A DNA stretch of 64,000 nt from Marinicella sp. (GCA_965230295.1 OZ246001.1:2208001-2272000), one strand, 5' to 3'. Numbered from the stretch's first letter, positions 51,065 to 61,436 are shown. The notes: a model not told the origin generated them from the sequence alone. Program-made: numbers and translations.

Positions 51065-51303
51065 AACCATCTGATCAAAACCAAAAAGCCTTTACCCGAG
51101 AATCAGTCAGGTTGTATCTTGAATCTTTGAATGGCCACAGCACCAATTGTTTGTATGATTTGGTGATTGATGAAACAGAAAAAGGCATGATCATGGAAGT
51201 ATTGAATTGGTGTAAGGGTAACCGATCTAAAGCCGCTGATATTTTAGGCATCACCCGCACCACCCTGCGCAACAAAATGCGCAAGTTGAAAATATCGGAC
51301 TGA
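51061..51303 (+). CDS. fis: DNA-binding protein Fis
   Basis: LYDLVIDETEK, GNRSKAADILGITRTTLRNK; upstream of purH. Confidence 0.85.
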   Translation: MKPSDQNQKAFTRESVRLYLESLNGHSTNCLYDLVIDETEKGMIMEVLNWCKGNRSKAADILGITRTTLRNKMRKLKISD

Positions 51304-51437
51304 GTATTTCACAAGGGATGGATTCCCTGAATTGTCAGTAGCACAAAAAAATACAGCTGGGTGGGGCGGAATAGAATTATTTTTGTTTGTAGGCTGTAAA
51401 ACTTAGATAATCAATTCATTTAAAAAATAATCGCGTT

Positions 51438-51443
51438 TATAAT
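51438..51443 (+). promoter_or_regulatory. -10 element of purH promoter
   Basis: Perfect TATAAT with GC-rich discriminator ACGCGGC, 32 nt before ATG. Confidence 0.55.
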
Positions 51444-51475
51444 ACGCGGCTTCCTGACCATAATATAGACAAATC

Positions 51476-53053
51476 ATGGCACAAAATCGTGTACCCATCA
51501 GAAGGGTTCTGATCAGCGTTTCTGATAAAACCAACATAGAAATGTTGGCTTCTGGTTTGGCGCGTTTAGGCGTTGAAATTTTATCAACAGGTGGCACTGC
51601 AAAAATGTTGGAGCAAGCCGGCATGATTGTCACCGAAATTTCTGAATACACAGAGTTTCCAGAGATGATGGATGGTCGGATCAAGACTTTGCATCCGCGG
51701 GTTCATGGCGCCTTGTTGGGCAGAAACGGGGTTGATGATGATGTGATGTCTCAGCATGGTATTGAGGGCATTGATTTGTTGGTGGTGAACTTGTACCCCT
51801 TTGAATCCACCATCAAGAAAACCGATGTGACCCTGGATGAAGCCATTGAAAACATCGACATCGGTGGACCTGCCATGATTCGAGCCGCTGCGAAAAATCA
51901 TGATCGAGTTACGGTACTGGTGAATCCAAATGATTATGAAGAAATGCTGGATGAATTAACCACTTATGGTGGCATTTCACATGCCAATCGCCACATCTTG
52001 GCCGCCAAAGCTTTTGCGCATACGGCGCGTTATGATGGTTTGATTGCCAACTACCTCAGTGCCATCAACGACACTGGAGAACATGCCGATTTTCCACGGT
52101 ATTTCACCAACCAATTCAAACACCGCTCTGAATTGCGTTATGGTGAGAACCCCCACCAAAATGCCGCCTTTTATACCGAACAAAAACCCGATTCAGGAAC
52201 CATGGGCTATGCCTGGCAAATCCAGGGAAAAGCCTTGTCCTATAACAACATCGCTGATGCAGATGCGGCATTGTCATGCGTCAAAGAATTCAAAGATACA
52301 CCGGCCTGCGTGATTGTCAAACACGCCAACCCTTGTGGTGTTGCGGTCGAAACCGATCACACTTTGGCCTACCTAAAAGCATTTGCTACCGACCCAACCT
52401 CGGCTTTTGGCGGGGTGTTGGCCTTCAATGGAAAATTAACCGCAAAAACCGCTGAAACCATATTGGAAAAGCAGTTTGCCGAAGTCATTGTGGCCCCTGA
52501 GTTTGACAAAGCCGCTTTAGAGGTGTTCGCAACCAAGAAAAATTTAAGGGTCATTTGTTGTGGTGAGATTCCGGAACAAGACAAGCCCTGGTTGATGTAC
52601 AAACGTGTCAGTGGTGGTTTGTTGGTACAAGATGCTGACATCCAAATGATTGATGTCAATGATGCCCAAGTGGTCACCAAGCGCCAGCCAACCCCACAAG
52701 AATTGGTTGATATGGCATTTGCGTGGAAAGTGGGTAAATGGGTTAAATCCAATGCCATCGTGTATGCCAAGAATGCCCAAACCATCGGTGTAGGTGCTGG
52801 TCAAATGAGTCGGGTTGTTTCCGCCCGTATTGCTTCTATCAAAGCCGATGATGCAGGATTAAAAGTACCAGGGTCTGCCATGGCATCCGATGCTTTTTTC
52901 CCTTTCAGGGATGGTATTGATGCTGCAGCACAAGCCGGCATCACAGCAGTGATTCAACCCGGTGGTTCAATTCGAGATGAAGAAGTGATCGAAGCGGCCA
53001 ATGAACATGACATGGCCATGATATTCACTGGTATGCGCCATTTCAACCACTAA
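51476..53053 (+). CDS. purH: Bifunctional AICAR formyltransferase/IMP cyclohydrolase
   Basis: [32 protein letters not shown]. Confidence 0.99.
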   Translation: MAQNRVPIRRVLISVSDKTNIEMLASGLARLGVEILSTGGTAKMLEQAGMIVTEISEYTEFPEMMDGRIKTLHPRVHGALLGRNGVDDDVMSQHGIEGIDLLVVNLYPFESTIKKTDVTLDEAIENIDIGGPAMIRAAAKNHDRVTVLVNPNDYEEMLDELTTYGGISHANRHILAAKAFAHTARYDGLIANYLSAINDTGEHADFPRYFTNQFKHRSELRYGENPHQNAAFYTEQKPDSGTMGYAWQIQGKALSYNNIADADAALSCVKEFKDTPACVIVKHANPCGVAVETDHTLAYLKAFATDPTSAFGGVLAFNGKLTAKTAETILEKQFAEVIVAPEFDKAALEVFATKKNLRVICCGEIPEQDKPWLMYKRVSGGLLVQDADIQMIDVNDAQVVTKRQPTPQELVDMAFAWKVGKWVKSNAIVYAKNAQTIGVGAGQMSRVVSARIASIKADDAGLKVPGSAMASDAFFPFRDGIDAAAQAGITAVIQPGGSIRDEEVIEAANEHDMAMIFTGMRHFNH

Positions 53054-53071
53054 AAAATACAGGAATCAATA

Positions 53072-54343
53072 ATGAATCGAGTCTTAGTCATAGGATCAGG
53101 TGGGCGAGAGCATGCCCTGGCCTGGCGCTTATCACAATCTGATACAGTTGAAAAAACTTTCGTGGCACCGGGCAACGCCGGAACAGCTACTGAACCGAAC
53201 ATTGAAAACGTGGCTTTGGATGTGAGTGATTTTGCTGCCGTGATTGCCTTTTGTGAACAACAAAAAATCAATTTGGTTGTGGTGGGCCCTGAACAGCCAT
53301 TGGTGGATGGTATGGTGGATGCCTTGTCGGCGGCCGGAATCGCTTGTTTCGGTCCTTCAGCACAAGCAGCGCAGTTGGAAGGCTCAAAAGCATTTGCCAA
53401 AGACTTTTTACAACGCCATCAAATTCCCACAGCCGCCTATGGTGAATTCACTGACGTGGCTGAGGCCAATACCTATTTAGCTCAACAAGCATTTCCCATC
53501 GTGATCAAAGCCGATGGCTTGGCTGCAGGTAAAGGCGTGGTGATCGCTGAAGATTTAGGGCAAGCAGAAGCCACAGTGGCTGATATGCTGGCCGACAATA
53601 AATTTGGTGATGCCGGTAGTCGCATCATTATTGAAGAGTTCCTGGCGGGTGAAGAAGCTTCATACATCGTTATTGCCGATGGTAATAATTTCATTCCGAT
53701 GGCCACCTCTCAAGACCACAAAGCCCGTGATAATGGCGATGTTGGTCCGAACACGGGTGGGATGGGTGCTTACTCACCTGCACCCGTGGTTACCACGGAA
53801 ATTGACCAGCAAGTGGCAGAAAATGTGATTCAGGCCACCTTGGATGGCATGGCCAAAGACGGCATGCCATTTACCGGCTTTCTTTATGCTGGTTTGATGA
53901 TCGATGCCCATGGGCAAGCCAAAGTACTGGAATTCAATGTGCGCTTTGGTGATCCTGAGACCCAACCCATCATGACCCGCCTACAAAGCAATCTGGATCA
54001 GTTGTGCTTGGCAGCCATTGCTGGCGAACTGTCTCAAACTTCAGTTCAGTGGGATCCGCGCTTTGCTTTGGGTGTGGTGATGGCTGAAGAGGGTTATCCA
54101 TTCAGTTATGCCAAAGGCAACACCATCAATGGCCTAGATGAAGTTAATTCTGACATCAAAGTCTTTCATGCAGGTACTGCCATGAGTAATGATGATGTGG
54201 TTACCAGTGGTGGTCGGGTATTGTGTGTTTGTGCCATGGATGAAAACCTGGCAGCTGCACAGCAAAAAGTCTATGAGGCTGTGAACCAAATCACTTGGGG
54301 CAGCGAATATTTCCGCACCGACATCGGTTTCAAAGCGCTTTAA
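53072..54343 (+). CDS. purD: Phosphoribosylamine--glycine ligase
   Basis: GSGGREHALA, KADGLAAGKGV, GPNTGGMGAYSP, EFNVRFGDPE. Confidence 0.99.
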   Translation: MNRVLVIGSGGREHALAWRLSQSDTVEKTFVAPGNAGTATEPNIENVALDVSDFAAVIAFCEQQKINLVVVGPEQPLVDGMVDALSAAGIACFGPSAQAAQLEGSKAFAKDFLQRHQIPTAAYGEFTDVAEANTYLAQQAFPIVIKADGLAAGKGVVIAEDLGQAEATVADMLADNKFGDAGSRIIIEEFLAGEEASYIVIADGNNFIPMATSQDHKARDNGDVGPNTGGMGAYSPAPVVTTEIDQQVAENVIQATLDGMAKDGMPFTGFLYAGLMIDAHGQAKVLEFNVRFGDPETQPIMTRLQSNLDQLCLAAIAGELSQTSVQWDPRFALGVVMAEEGYPFSYAKGNTINGLDEVNSDIKVFHAGTAMSNDDVVTSGGRVLCVCAMDENLAAAQQKVYEAVNQITWGSEYFRTDIGFKAL

Positions 54344-54362
54344 ATTGATATAGGTTTGGGTA

Positions 54363-54389
54363 AAAAGGGCGCATTATTGGCGTCCTTTT
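54363..54389 (+). terminator. Intrinsic terminator after purD
   Basis: AAAAGGGCGC-ATTATTG-GCGTCCTTTT. Confidence 0.75.
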
Positions 54390-54451
54390 AACGTTCCAAG
54401 TAATCATTGGTGTTATACTGCAGGTTTTTAAGCGTACAAGTGTAAACTGAA

Positions 54452-55093
54452 ATGAGCAGTCAAACCGTCAAATTCTACCCACCATTAGAAGAAAAGTTGA
54501 ACATCGGTTCGCATGCATTGGGGGTGATTCTCAGTGTGACTGGGCTGGTGTTTCTGTTGCTGCAAGGATTTGCCGAATCGGGCTTCATTAAGCCTTTGGC
54601 ATACGCAGTTTATGGTGTCAGTATGGTGCTGTTGTATACCGTGTCAGCAACCTATCACGCCAGTAAGACCCCTGCATTCAGAAGTAAAATGCGGATTTTA
54701 GATCATGCAGCGATCTACTTACTGATCGCCGGGACCTATACCCCTTTTATGTTGATCACCTTACCAGGAACTTTGGGTTATTCAATTCTGGCCGCTGCTT
54801 GGGGCATGGCTGTTGTGGGCATTGTACTGAAGATTTTTTACACCGGGCATTTTGTGGTGTTATCAACTTTACTTTATGTCTTCATGGGCTGGGCGATCGT
54901 GTTTGCCATCAAACCATTGGCGGCCAATCTGGATGCCGCAGGCTTGTCATGGTTGATAGCCGGTGGTGTGGCTTACACCGTGGGTGCTGTGTTGTATGCA
55001 ATCAAAAAAATACCATTCAACCACGCCATCTTCCATGTATTTGTGTTGATTGGCAGTGCCTGTCATTTCGTTGCTGTCTATAACTACGTCTGA
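54452..55093 (+). CDS. Hemolysin III / PAQR family membrane protein
   Basis: EEKLN..SH, SATYH, DHAAIYLLIAGTYTP, HAIFHVFV. Confidence 0.93.
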   Translation: MSSQTVKFYPPLEEKLNIGSHALGVILSVTGLVFLLLQGFAESGFIKPLAYAVYGVSMVLLYTVSATYHASKTPAFRSKMRILDHAAIYLLIAGTYTPFMLITLPGTLGYSILAAAWGMAVVGIVLKIFYTGHFVVLSTLLYVFMGWAIVFAIKPLAANLDAAGLSWLIAGGVAYTVGAVLYAIKKIPFNHAIFHVFVLIGSACHFVAVYNYV

Positions 55094-56149
55094 TCAATCC
55101 ATTGCCTGACAATCCATGTTGAGGTGCTCTAGGCGATTGATCATGGTCTGGGTGCCAAAGCATTGCATCTGATCATTGATGATCAAAACCTGTTCAATGC
55201 CCATTTGCTCAGCAATGGCTAACCAGTCATCTGAGCCAGCGACCACCAAAGCAGTGGCTGCTGCATCGGCAGCTATGCCTGATTCTGCCACCACTGTGGC
55301 GGAAACCACCTCACCCACTGGCATGCCCGTTTGGGGGTTGATGATGTGTGCGTAGCGTTGGCCATCAAATTCTTTGTACCTTTGGTAGTTGCCTGAGGTG
55401 AACACCGCTTCATCTTTCTCAAGCAACAACTCGGCCACCATCGACCAATCTGTGGGAGACTGAATGGCCACTCGCCAGGGCGTTTCACCTTTGTTGCCGA
55501 TGCTCCTGAGGTCACCTCCGGCATTAACGATGGCATGGTTGATGCCGTGTTGTTGCAATATTTGAATCGCTCGATCAACGGCGTAACCTTTGGCGATGCC
55601 ACCAAAGTCGAGCCACATATGGGGGTTGTCACTGCGGAGCATCAAACCATCAAATTGCAAATTATTGACAGTCAATTGTTGCCTGATGAGGTGGTTGATG
55701 TCGGCTTCAGCAGGGGGTGGCGTCAGCAAAGGGTAGTCATCGGTATGAAACCCCCACAGGTTGATCAACTCACCGATGGCGGGATTGAACAGGTGATTTG
55801 AAATTTGTGCCTGCTTGATGGTTTGTTTGATGAAATTATATTCTTCCCGGGTCAACGCAATGGTCTGTCCATTGCGCAGTGCGGCATTGATGTCGGACAA
55901 ACGCCCGGGTTTCCATGCATGCCATTGTTTGTGCATGCCGTTGAAAGTTTCACTGATCTGATCAATGGCGGTTTGGGTTTCTTCGGTGTCAGGATGCCAG
56001 ACATTGATCTCAACCAAGGTACCAAAGACAAACAGTTGGTGTTTGGTGACTTGGCTGACTTGACTGGTACAGGCCGATAAAAGTATGACACAGATCAAGC
56101 TTGTTAATCTTTTATTAATATTCGTGTTGATAATCATTATCATTAGCAT
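55094..56149 (-). CDS. apbE: FAD:protein FMN transferase (ApbE) lipoprotein; exact start uncertain
   Basis: Lipobox LSAC, DFGGIAKGYAVD, NAGGD, TSGNYQR, HIINPQTG, ADAAATA. Confidence 0.94.
   Translation of the reverse strand: MLMIMIINTNINKRLTSLICVILLSACTSQVSQVTKHQLFVFGTLVEINVWHPDTEETQTAIDQISETFNGMHKQWHAWKPGRLSDINAALRNGQTIALTREEYNFIKQTIKQAQISNHLFNPAIGELINLWGFHTDDYPLLTPPPAEADINHLIRQQLTVNNLQFDGLMLRSDNPHMWLDFGGIAKGYAVDRAIQILQQHGINHAIVNAGGDLRSIGNKGETPWRVAIQSPTDWSMVAELLLEKDEAVFTSGNYQRYKEFDGQRYAHIINPQTGMPVGEVVSATVVAESGIAADAAATALVVAGSDDWLAIAEQMGIEQVLIINDQMQCFGTQTMINRLEHLNMDCQAMD
56129..56147. promoter_or_regulatory. Fur box
   Basis: Reverse strand GCTAATGATAATGATTATC matches GATAATGATAATCATTATC at 17/19 positions, between divergent apbE and porin. 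Confidence 0.88.
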
Positions 56150-56185
56150 TACAATTCGCTCACTTTTTAAAATTATCTAAGCGTT

Positions 56186-57394
56186 ATGAAAAACAAAGTT
56201 CTGATTTTAGCATTGACCTGTTTCTCAGTGGTTGCTACTGCACAAGAAGAAGCACCCAGCATGGAAGAAATGTGGAAGATCATTCAACAACAACAAAAAA
56301 CCATTGAAGCCTTGCAAGAAAAATTGATTGAGCAAGACAAGACTGTGGTAGAAAACACCCAACAAGTCGAAGCTCAGCAAGAAGCCATTGCTGTGGTGGC
56401 AGATGCCATAGAAGAACAAAGTGAACCTGTTGACCGCGTTAAAATTGGTGGTTATGGCGAGTTGCACTACAACAATTTAGATTCAGGCGATGAAATTGAC
56501 TTTCACCGTTTTGTGATGTTCTTTGGTTATGATTTCAATGAACGCACCCGTTTTTTCTCGGAGTTTGAATTAGAACATGCCCTTGCTGGCGACGGTAAAC
56601 CTGGCGAGGTTGAATTGGAACAAGCTTACATTGAGTATTTGTTCAATGACACCACCAAAGGTACTGCAGGTGTGAGTCTGGTGCCTGTGGGTATCTTGAA
56701 CGAAACCCACGAACCCAATACTTTTTTCGGGGTAGAGCGCAACAACGTTGAGAAAAACATCATTCCATCAACTTGGTGGGAAGCGGGTTTGGGCTTCAAC
56801 AAAGAGTTCAATGATAAGTTGGGCTTGGATCTGATGGTTCACAGCGGCCTAAACACCCCAACTTCAGGCAGCAAAGCATTCTTGATCAGAAGTGGTCGTC
56901 AGAAAGTGGCAGAAGCTGTGGCTTCAGATTTTGCTTACACGGCCCGTTTGCGTTACAACCCCATTCCTGGTTTGAAATTGGCTGCCACCTATCAGCATCA
57001 GTCAGACCTGACACAAGGTGCTTTGGATGTGGGTGCTGACTTGTTTGAAGTCAACGCACAATACTACCGCAATGGCTTTGGTTTGAAAGCTTTATACGCC
57101 ATGTGGGATCTGGACAACAACGTCAACACAGTCAATTCAGCCCGATCAGAACAAATGGGTTATTTCGTTGAACCTTCATACCGTTTCGGTGATAATCGTC
57201 AGTTTGGTGTGTTCGCTCGTTATTCTGTTTGGAACAACAACGCCGGTGACAACAGTGCATTGGATGTTGAGCAAATGGACATTGGTATGAACTACTGGTT
57301 GACAGATCGAACCGTATTTAAATTTGATTACCAAGACCAAAGTGAGGGTGGCTCAGATGACGGCTTCAACTTAGGTGTGGGATACTCGTTCTAA
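56186..57394 (+). CDS. Outer-membrane porin with N-terminal coiled coil
   Basis: Signal peptide, Gln-rich coiled coil, GGYGELHYN, EFELEH, ELEQAY, C-terminal GVGYSF. Confidence 0.85.
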   Translation: MKNKVLILALTCFSVVATAQEEAPSMEEMWKIIQQQQKTIEALQEKLIEQDKTVVENTQQVEAQQEAIAVVADAIEEQSEPVDRVKIGGYGELHYNNLDSGDEIDFHRFVMFFGYDFNERTRFFSEFELEHALAGDGKPGEVELEQAYIEYLFNDTTKGTAGVSLVPVGILNETHEPNTFFGVERNNVEKNIIPSTWWEAGLGFNKEFNDKLGLDLMVHSGLNTPTSGSKAFLIRSGRQKVAEAVASDFAYTARLRYNPIPGLKLAATYQHQSDLTQGALDVGADLFEVNAQYYRNGFGLKALYAMWDLDNNVNTVNSARSEQMGYFVEPSYRFGDNRQFGVFARYSVWNNNAGDNSALDVEQMDIGMNYWLTDRTVFKFDYQDQSEGGSDDGFNLGVGYSF

Positions 57395-57403
57395 ATTAAT
57401 TCT

Positions 57404-57937
57404 TTGAAGCAACTGAAATTCCAAATTGTTGTGATGATCAGCCTGTTGGTGGCAACACCGGCAGGCTGGTCTTACACGGTCGAAGAAAAATTCAAGATCG
57501 AACAATTTCTCAATGCACAGTTTGACCATAACATCCCTAAGCCCAACAGATTGTGGGTCAAAGGCGACATGAAGACCGCCATCAAAGGCATTCTGGACAG
57601 GCCGGCAAAAAAACTCAATTACCGCTATTGGCAAGCACAAGGCAAGACCATTTGGTTACTCAATGAAATTGGCAAGGAGCGTGACATCACCACCGCAGTA
57701 GTAGTGAAAAACCAACAAATAGCTGAAATCAAAGTGATTGTCTATCGAGAATCACGGGGTGGGGAAGTCCAGGTGCCCTGGTTTTATGAGCAATTCATCG
57801 GTGCTCAGCAAGGTCAAAAATGGCAGCGCAGTATCGACAGCATCAGTGGTGCCACCTTGTCAGTCAACGCGATGAAGAAGCAAGCTGAATTGGCCTTGTA
57901 TTTGAGTGAATCCTTAATCAGCTCAAAAGCGCCATGA
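57404..57937 (+). CDS. Periplasmic FMN-binding (flavinylated) protein
   Basis: Signal peptide; YRESRGGEV; IDSISGATLS flavinylation motif. Confidence 0.88.
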   Translation: MKQLKFQIVVMISLLVATPAGWSYTVEEKFKIEQFLNAQFDHNIPKPNRLWVKGDMKTAIKGILDRPAKKLNYRYWQAQGKTIWLLNEIGKERDITTAVVVKNQQIAEIKVIVYRESRGGEVQVPWFYEQFIGAQQGQKWQRSIDSISGATLSVNAMKKQAELALYLSESLISSKAP

Positions 57938-58662
57938 GGTTACGCAAAGCTTTAAGAAAAATACACCGCTGGGTTGGTTTGTTGTCTGCACTTTGGTTGT
58001 TACAATTGGCCGTCACAGGCTTGTTATTGCAACATGCGGATGATTTTAACCTGACCCAAATGCATGTTTCATCACCCAAAGTTTTGCAATGGTTTGGTTA
58101 TGGAACCAGACAGCAGATCATCACTGTGCAAGATCAAAATCTGTATCAAATTGATGAAGTGGTGGGTTTTGATGAACACAAAATTCCAATCACTGGCCAA
58201 CTGGTGGCAGCAGTTCGATCGATCGATATCCAAGGTCAGGACCTTTGGGTGTTGGCAACAGCCAATTCGCTGTATTGGATCAACCCACAAGGTGAAATAA
58301 TCCAACAATTGGATGACTTCGATGGTTTACCGACGCCAGTCAGTGGGTTATTCAGTGCCGAAGGTAAAGTCAATGTGGCCAAAGGAAAGCAATGGTATCA
58401 ACTGTTGAAGACCGGTGATTTCGTGCCACTCACTGGTCAGTTCAGTTCTCCCGAAATTTTTCGCAGCATGAGTTCAGCAGAACAAGACCAATACTTTGAA
58501 GCGGCTTTACAAGGTAAGCTGAGCTACGACAAAGTTTTGCATGGCATCCATGCCGGCATTCAAGGATCGAAATGGTTGAATTCATTGTCAGCCCTGGCAC
58601 TTCTGTACCTGAGCGTTTCTGGTATCTACTTGTTCTTTAAACAGCCAAAACGAAAGCGCTGA
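57934..58662 (+). CDS. PepSY-associated TM helix protein
   Basis: RKIHRWVGL..TGLLLQH N-terminus; LHGIHAG and SGIYLF C-terminus. Confidence 0.85.
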   Translation: MRLRKALRKIHRWVGLLSALWLLQLAVTGLLLQHADDFNLTQMHVSSPKVLQWFGYGTRQQIITVQDQNLYQIDEVVGFDEHKIPITGQLVAAVRSIDIQGQDLWVLATANSLYWINPQGEIIQQLDDFDGLPTPVSGLFSAEGKVNVAKGKQWYQLLKTGDFVPLTGQFSSPEIFRSMSSAEQDQYFEAALQGKLSYDKVLHGIHAGIQGSKWLNSLSALALLYLSVSGIYLFFKQPKRKR

Positions 58663-58749
58663 AAACATTTCTGATATTTTTAACTGTCCATGCATCTGAA
58701 TCGGTGTTTGGTTGACTCTATAGTAGTGTTATCAATCACAGAGGTTTTT

Positions 58750-59112
58750 ATGCATACAGAAGTCGTTGTTTTGTTTTTCATTGTGGGTTCATTGGCAGCC
58801 ATCATTTTGGTCCATTTGATGAACACCCATAAAACCCGAATCAAAACCCATGAGCTGTTAGAGAAGAGCATTGAAAAAGGTTTTGACGTCACTCCTGAAA
58901 TTCTGGACAAACTCAATAACGTTAAATCCTCTCGATTCAAGGACTTTCGCCGTGGTATCATCATGTGTGCCATTGGTGTAGCGGTGTTCTGCTTCAGCCT
59001 GGTGATTCCACAAGATGACGGGGCGGTGTTTTTCAGGGCCATTTCGCTGTTTCCATTTTTTATTGGTGCAGGATTTTTATTGGTGTGGAAAGTCAACAAA
59101 TACGAAAATTGA
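58750..59112 (+). CDS. DUF6249-like 3-TM membrane protein
   Basis: GAGG RBS; KSIEKG..PE, DFRRGII, FPFFIGAGFLL; precedes ECF sigma. Confidence 0.72.
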   Translation: MHTEVVVLFFIVGSLAAIILVHLMNTHKTRIKTHELLEKSIEKGFDVTPEILDKLNNVKSSRFKDFRRGIIMCAIGVAVFCFSLVIPQDDGAVFFRAISLFPFFIGAGFLLVWKVNKYEN

Positions 59113-59675
59113 AGCTGGTGAACCAAGATTCTATCTTGTCACTGGTCAACCGTGTGGTCAGCAAAGACGACCACACGGCTTTTTCGCGGTTGGTCCAAAT
59201 CCACCAAAGTGTGATTCGACATTTCCTCAGAAGGCTCACCGCAGGTAACCACACTTTGGCCGAGGATCTGGCCCAGGAAACATTTCTGTTGGCCTACCAA
59301 AAGATTCATCAGTTTCGCTCCAAAGGCACCTTCAGTGCCTGGTTACACACCATTGCTTATCGGCTGTTTTTAAGAGCGGTTGATAATGTTCAGATGGTGG
59401 CATTTGATCCTGAGTTGCACCACAAAACTGAAACCACTCCACCGACCATGGCACCTTCAGATGCCGACATCTATGCCGAACAGCTGATGTCGGTATTGAA
59501 TCACAAAGAACGGGTGGTGATCACTTTGTCCTGCTCGGCCGGGATGAGTCATGGCGAAATTGAAGCCGTGACCCAATTGCCTCTGGGCAGCATCAAATCC
59601 TTGATCCAAAGGGGCAAACAGAAAATCCTTCAATTTGCCCAGCAAGACCTCAACACACAACAGGCACAAACATGA
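59109..59675 (+). CDS. ECF RNA polymerase sigma factor
   Basis: AFSRLV..H, AEDLAQETFL, FSAWLHTIA, SHGEIE..PLGSIKS; start uncertain (59109/59118). Confidence 0.92.
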   Translation: MKLVNQDSILSLVNRVVSKDDHTAFSRLVQIHQSVIRHFLRRLTAGNHTLAEDLAQETFLLAYQKIHQFRSKGTFSAWLHTIAYRLFLRAVDNVQMVAFDPELHHKTETTPPTMAPSDADIYAEQLMSVLNHKERVVITLSCSAGMSHGEIEAVTQLPLGSIKSLIQRGKQKILQFAQQDLNTQQAQT

Positions 59676-59956
59676 ACGATCCAGTCCTGAAAGATTTACT
59701 GAACTATCACCAGCCTTTGAACGATGCCGAATTCAGTCGCCAATTATTGGCGAAAATCACGGCTGCAGAGCGCCAGCGCCGTTTGATCATGTGGTTTTTT
59801 TCAGTGGTGGGATTGGTCCTCAGTGCCGTGTACCTGGTTTCGGTCTCTGCGGTTTTTAGTTGGACCAGTTTGATGACACCCGTCAATGGTCTGTTGCTGT
59901 TCAGCATCGGCTTGTTTGTGGTTTGGCTGTGGACTGATACTTTGGCCAGTCATTAG
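59672..59956 (+). CDS. Small 2-TM putative anti-sigma factor
   Basis: ATGA overlap with sigma; LNDAEFSRQL motif then two TM helices. Confidence 0.7.
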   Translation: MNDPVLKDLLNYHQPLNDAEFSRQLLAKITAAERQRRLIMWFFSVVGLVLSAVYLVSVSAVFSWTSLMTPVNGLLLFSIGLFVVWLWTDTLASH

Positions 59957-59982
59957 CAGCCAACAACTTAAGTTGACAATCA

Positions 59983-60090
59983 GGCTTCGACTCCGCTCAG
60001 CCAGCGGACATTCTTACGCCCATAAGTATTTATTAAGCTTCGTCTGAATTTAGTCAACGGTTACCGTTCACTGAGCGGAGCCGAAGTGAA
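59983..60090. repeat. REP-like inverted repeat element, copy 1
   Basis: GGCTTCGACTCCGCTCAGCC (59983) ... CCGTTCACTGAGCGGAGCCGAAGTGAA (60064). Confidence 0.85.
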
Positions 60091-60185
60091 CATTACCCGG
60101 ATTTTGTCTCAGTAATTCATCCATCTTAGCCAAGCACATCTGGGTATCTGGTAAACTGATTGTCAATGCAACCAAGGAACCTGTC

Positions 60186-61436
60186 ATGAATCCAGAGCAA
60201 CCAAGCTATTTAATTCAATCCGATGCCGTGCTCTTCGGTATCTTGGCCCTGATTTTGGGTCTGGTGTTTTACACCAAACAAAGCAAGCATCCTATATTCG
60301 TCAAATTTTATACCTATGTACCGGCTTTGTTGATGTGCTACTTGTTGCCGTCATTCCTCACCACTTTTGGACTGGTGGATCCTGATGCATCGAATTTATA
60401 TTACATGGCGTCCAGGTATTTGTTACCTGCCGCATTGGTGTTGTTGACCATCAGTGTTGATTTGAAAGGCATCATTCGGCTGGGCCCCAAAGCAGGGATC
60501 ATGTTTCTGACCGGTACTTTGGGTATCGTGATTGGTGCGCCGGTGGCGTTCCTGGCCACCCGTGCCATGTTCCCTGAGGCCTTTGCCGCATCAGGTGCAG
60601 AAGACATTTGGCGTGGCATGACCACCTTGGCTGGCTCCTGGATTGGTGGTGGGGCCAATCAGGCCGCCATGAAAGAAGTGTGGCAAGTGTCAGATGCGGC
60701 CTTTACGCAGATGGTTGCGATCGATGTGGTGTGGGCCAATATCTGGATGGCGATCCTGTTATTGATGGCAGCCCGATCTGCCAAAATCGATGCCAAAACC
60801 GGGGCTGATGTTTCAGCCATTGAGCGGATTAAATTGAAAATGGAAACCTTCCAAAAAGAAAATGCCAAAGCCGTCACCTTACCTGATTTGGTGTTCATGG
60901 CGGCCATTGCTTTTGGGATCACCGGATTGGCCCATGCCACAGCCAATTGGTTGGGGCCAGCCATCAGGGACAGCTTTCCAGTCCTGGCTGAATTGAACCT
61001 GCATTCCACCTTTTTTTGGTTGGTGATTTTGGCCACTTTGGGTGGCGTGCTGTTGTCGTTCACCCGCGCCAGTAAATATGAAGGTGTTGGCGCTTCTGGC
61101 ATCGGTTCTTTGTTTGTTTACATCTTGGTGGCCACCATTGGCTTGAAAATGGACGTCACCCAAATCAAACCCTTCTTGTTTGTCATCGGCGGTATATGGA
61201 TCAGTATCCATGCTGTGTTGTTATTGGTGGTAGGAAAGTTGATCAAGGCGCCGGTGTTTTTCCTTGCAGTGGGCTCACAAGCCAATGTGGGTGGTGCTGC
61301 ATCTGCCCCAGTGGTGGCATCGGCTTTCCATTCGGCCTTGGCACCTGTGGGTGTGTTATTGGCGGTCTTTGGCTATGTGGTCGGCACCTCGGCGGCGATG
61401 TTGACCGGTATTATTTTGCAGTGGTTGGCGGGGTGA
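60186..61436 (+). CDS. DUF819 family membrane protein
   Basis: GSWIGGGANQAAM and GSQANVGGAASAPVVA motifs, ~11 TM helices. Confidence 0.9.
   Translation: MNPEQPSYLIQSDAVLFGILALILGLVFYTKQSKHPIFVKFYTYVPALLMCYLLPSFLTTFGLVDPDASNLYYMASRYLLPAALVLLTISVDLKGIIRLGPKAGIMFLTGTLGIVIGAPVAFLATRAMFPEAFAASGAEDIWRGMTTLAGSWIGGGANQAAMKEVWQVSDAAFTQMVAIDVVWANIWMAILLLMAARSAKIDAKTGADVSAIERIKLKMETFQKENAKAVTLPDLVFMAAIAFGITGLAHATANWLGPAIRDSFPVLAELNLHSTFFWLVILATLGGVLLSFTRASKYEGVGASGIGSLFVYILVATIGLKMDVTQIKPFLFVIGGIWISIHAVLLLVVGKLIKAPVFFLAVGSQANVGGAASAPVVASAFHSALAPVGVLLAVFGYVVGTSAAMLTGIILQWLAG

Noticed and set aside
51304-51475. ZTP (pfl) or purine riboswitch before purH
   Set aside because: No recognisable conserved riboswitch core, and the likely -10 lies only ~32 nt from the start codon
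58680-59126. 148-aa minus-strand ORF
   Set aside because: Antisense to the DUF6249-like gene, which has an RBS and fits the ECF operon
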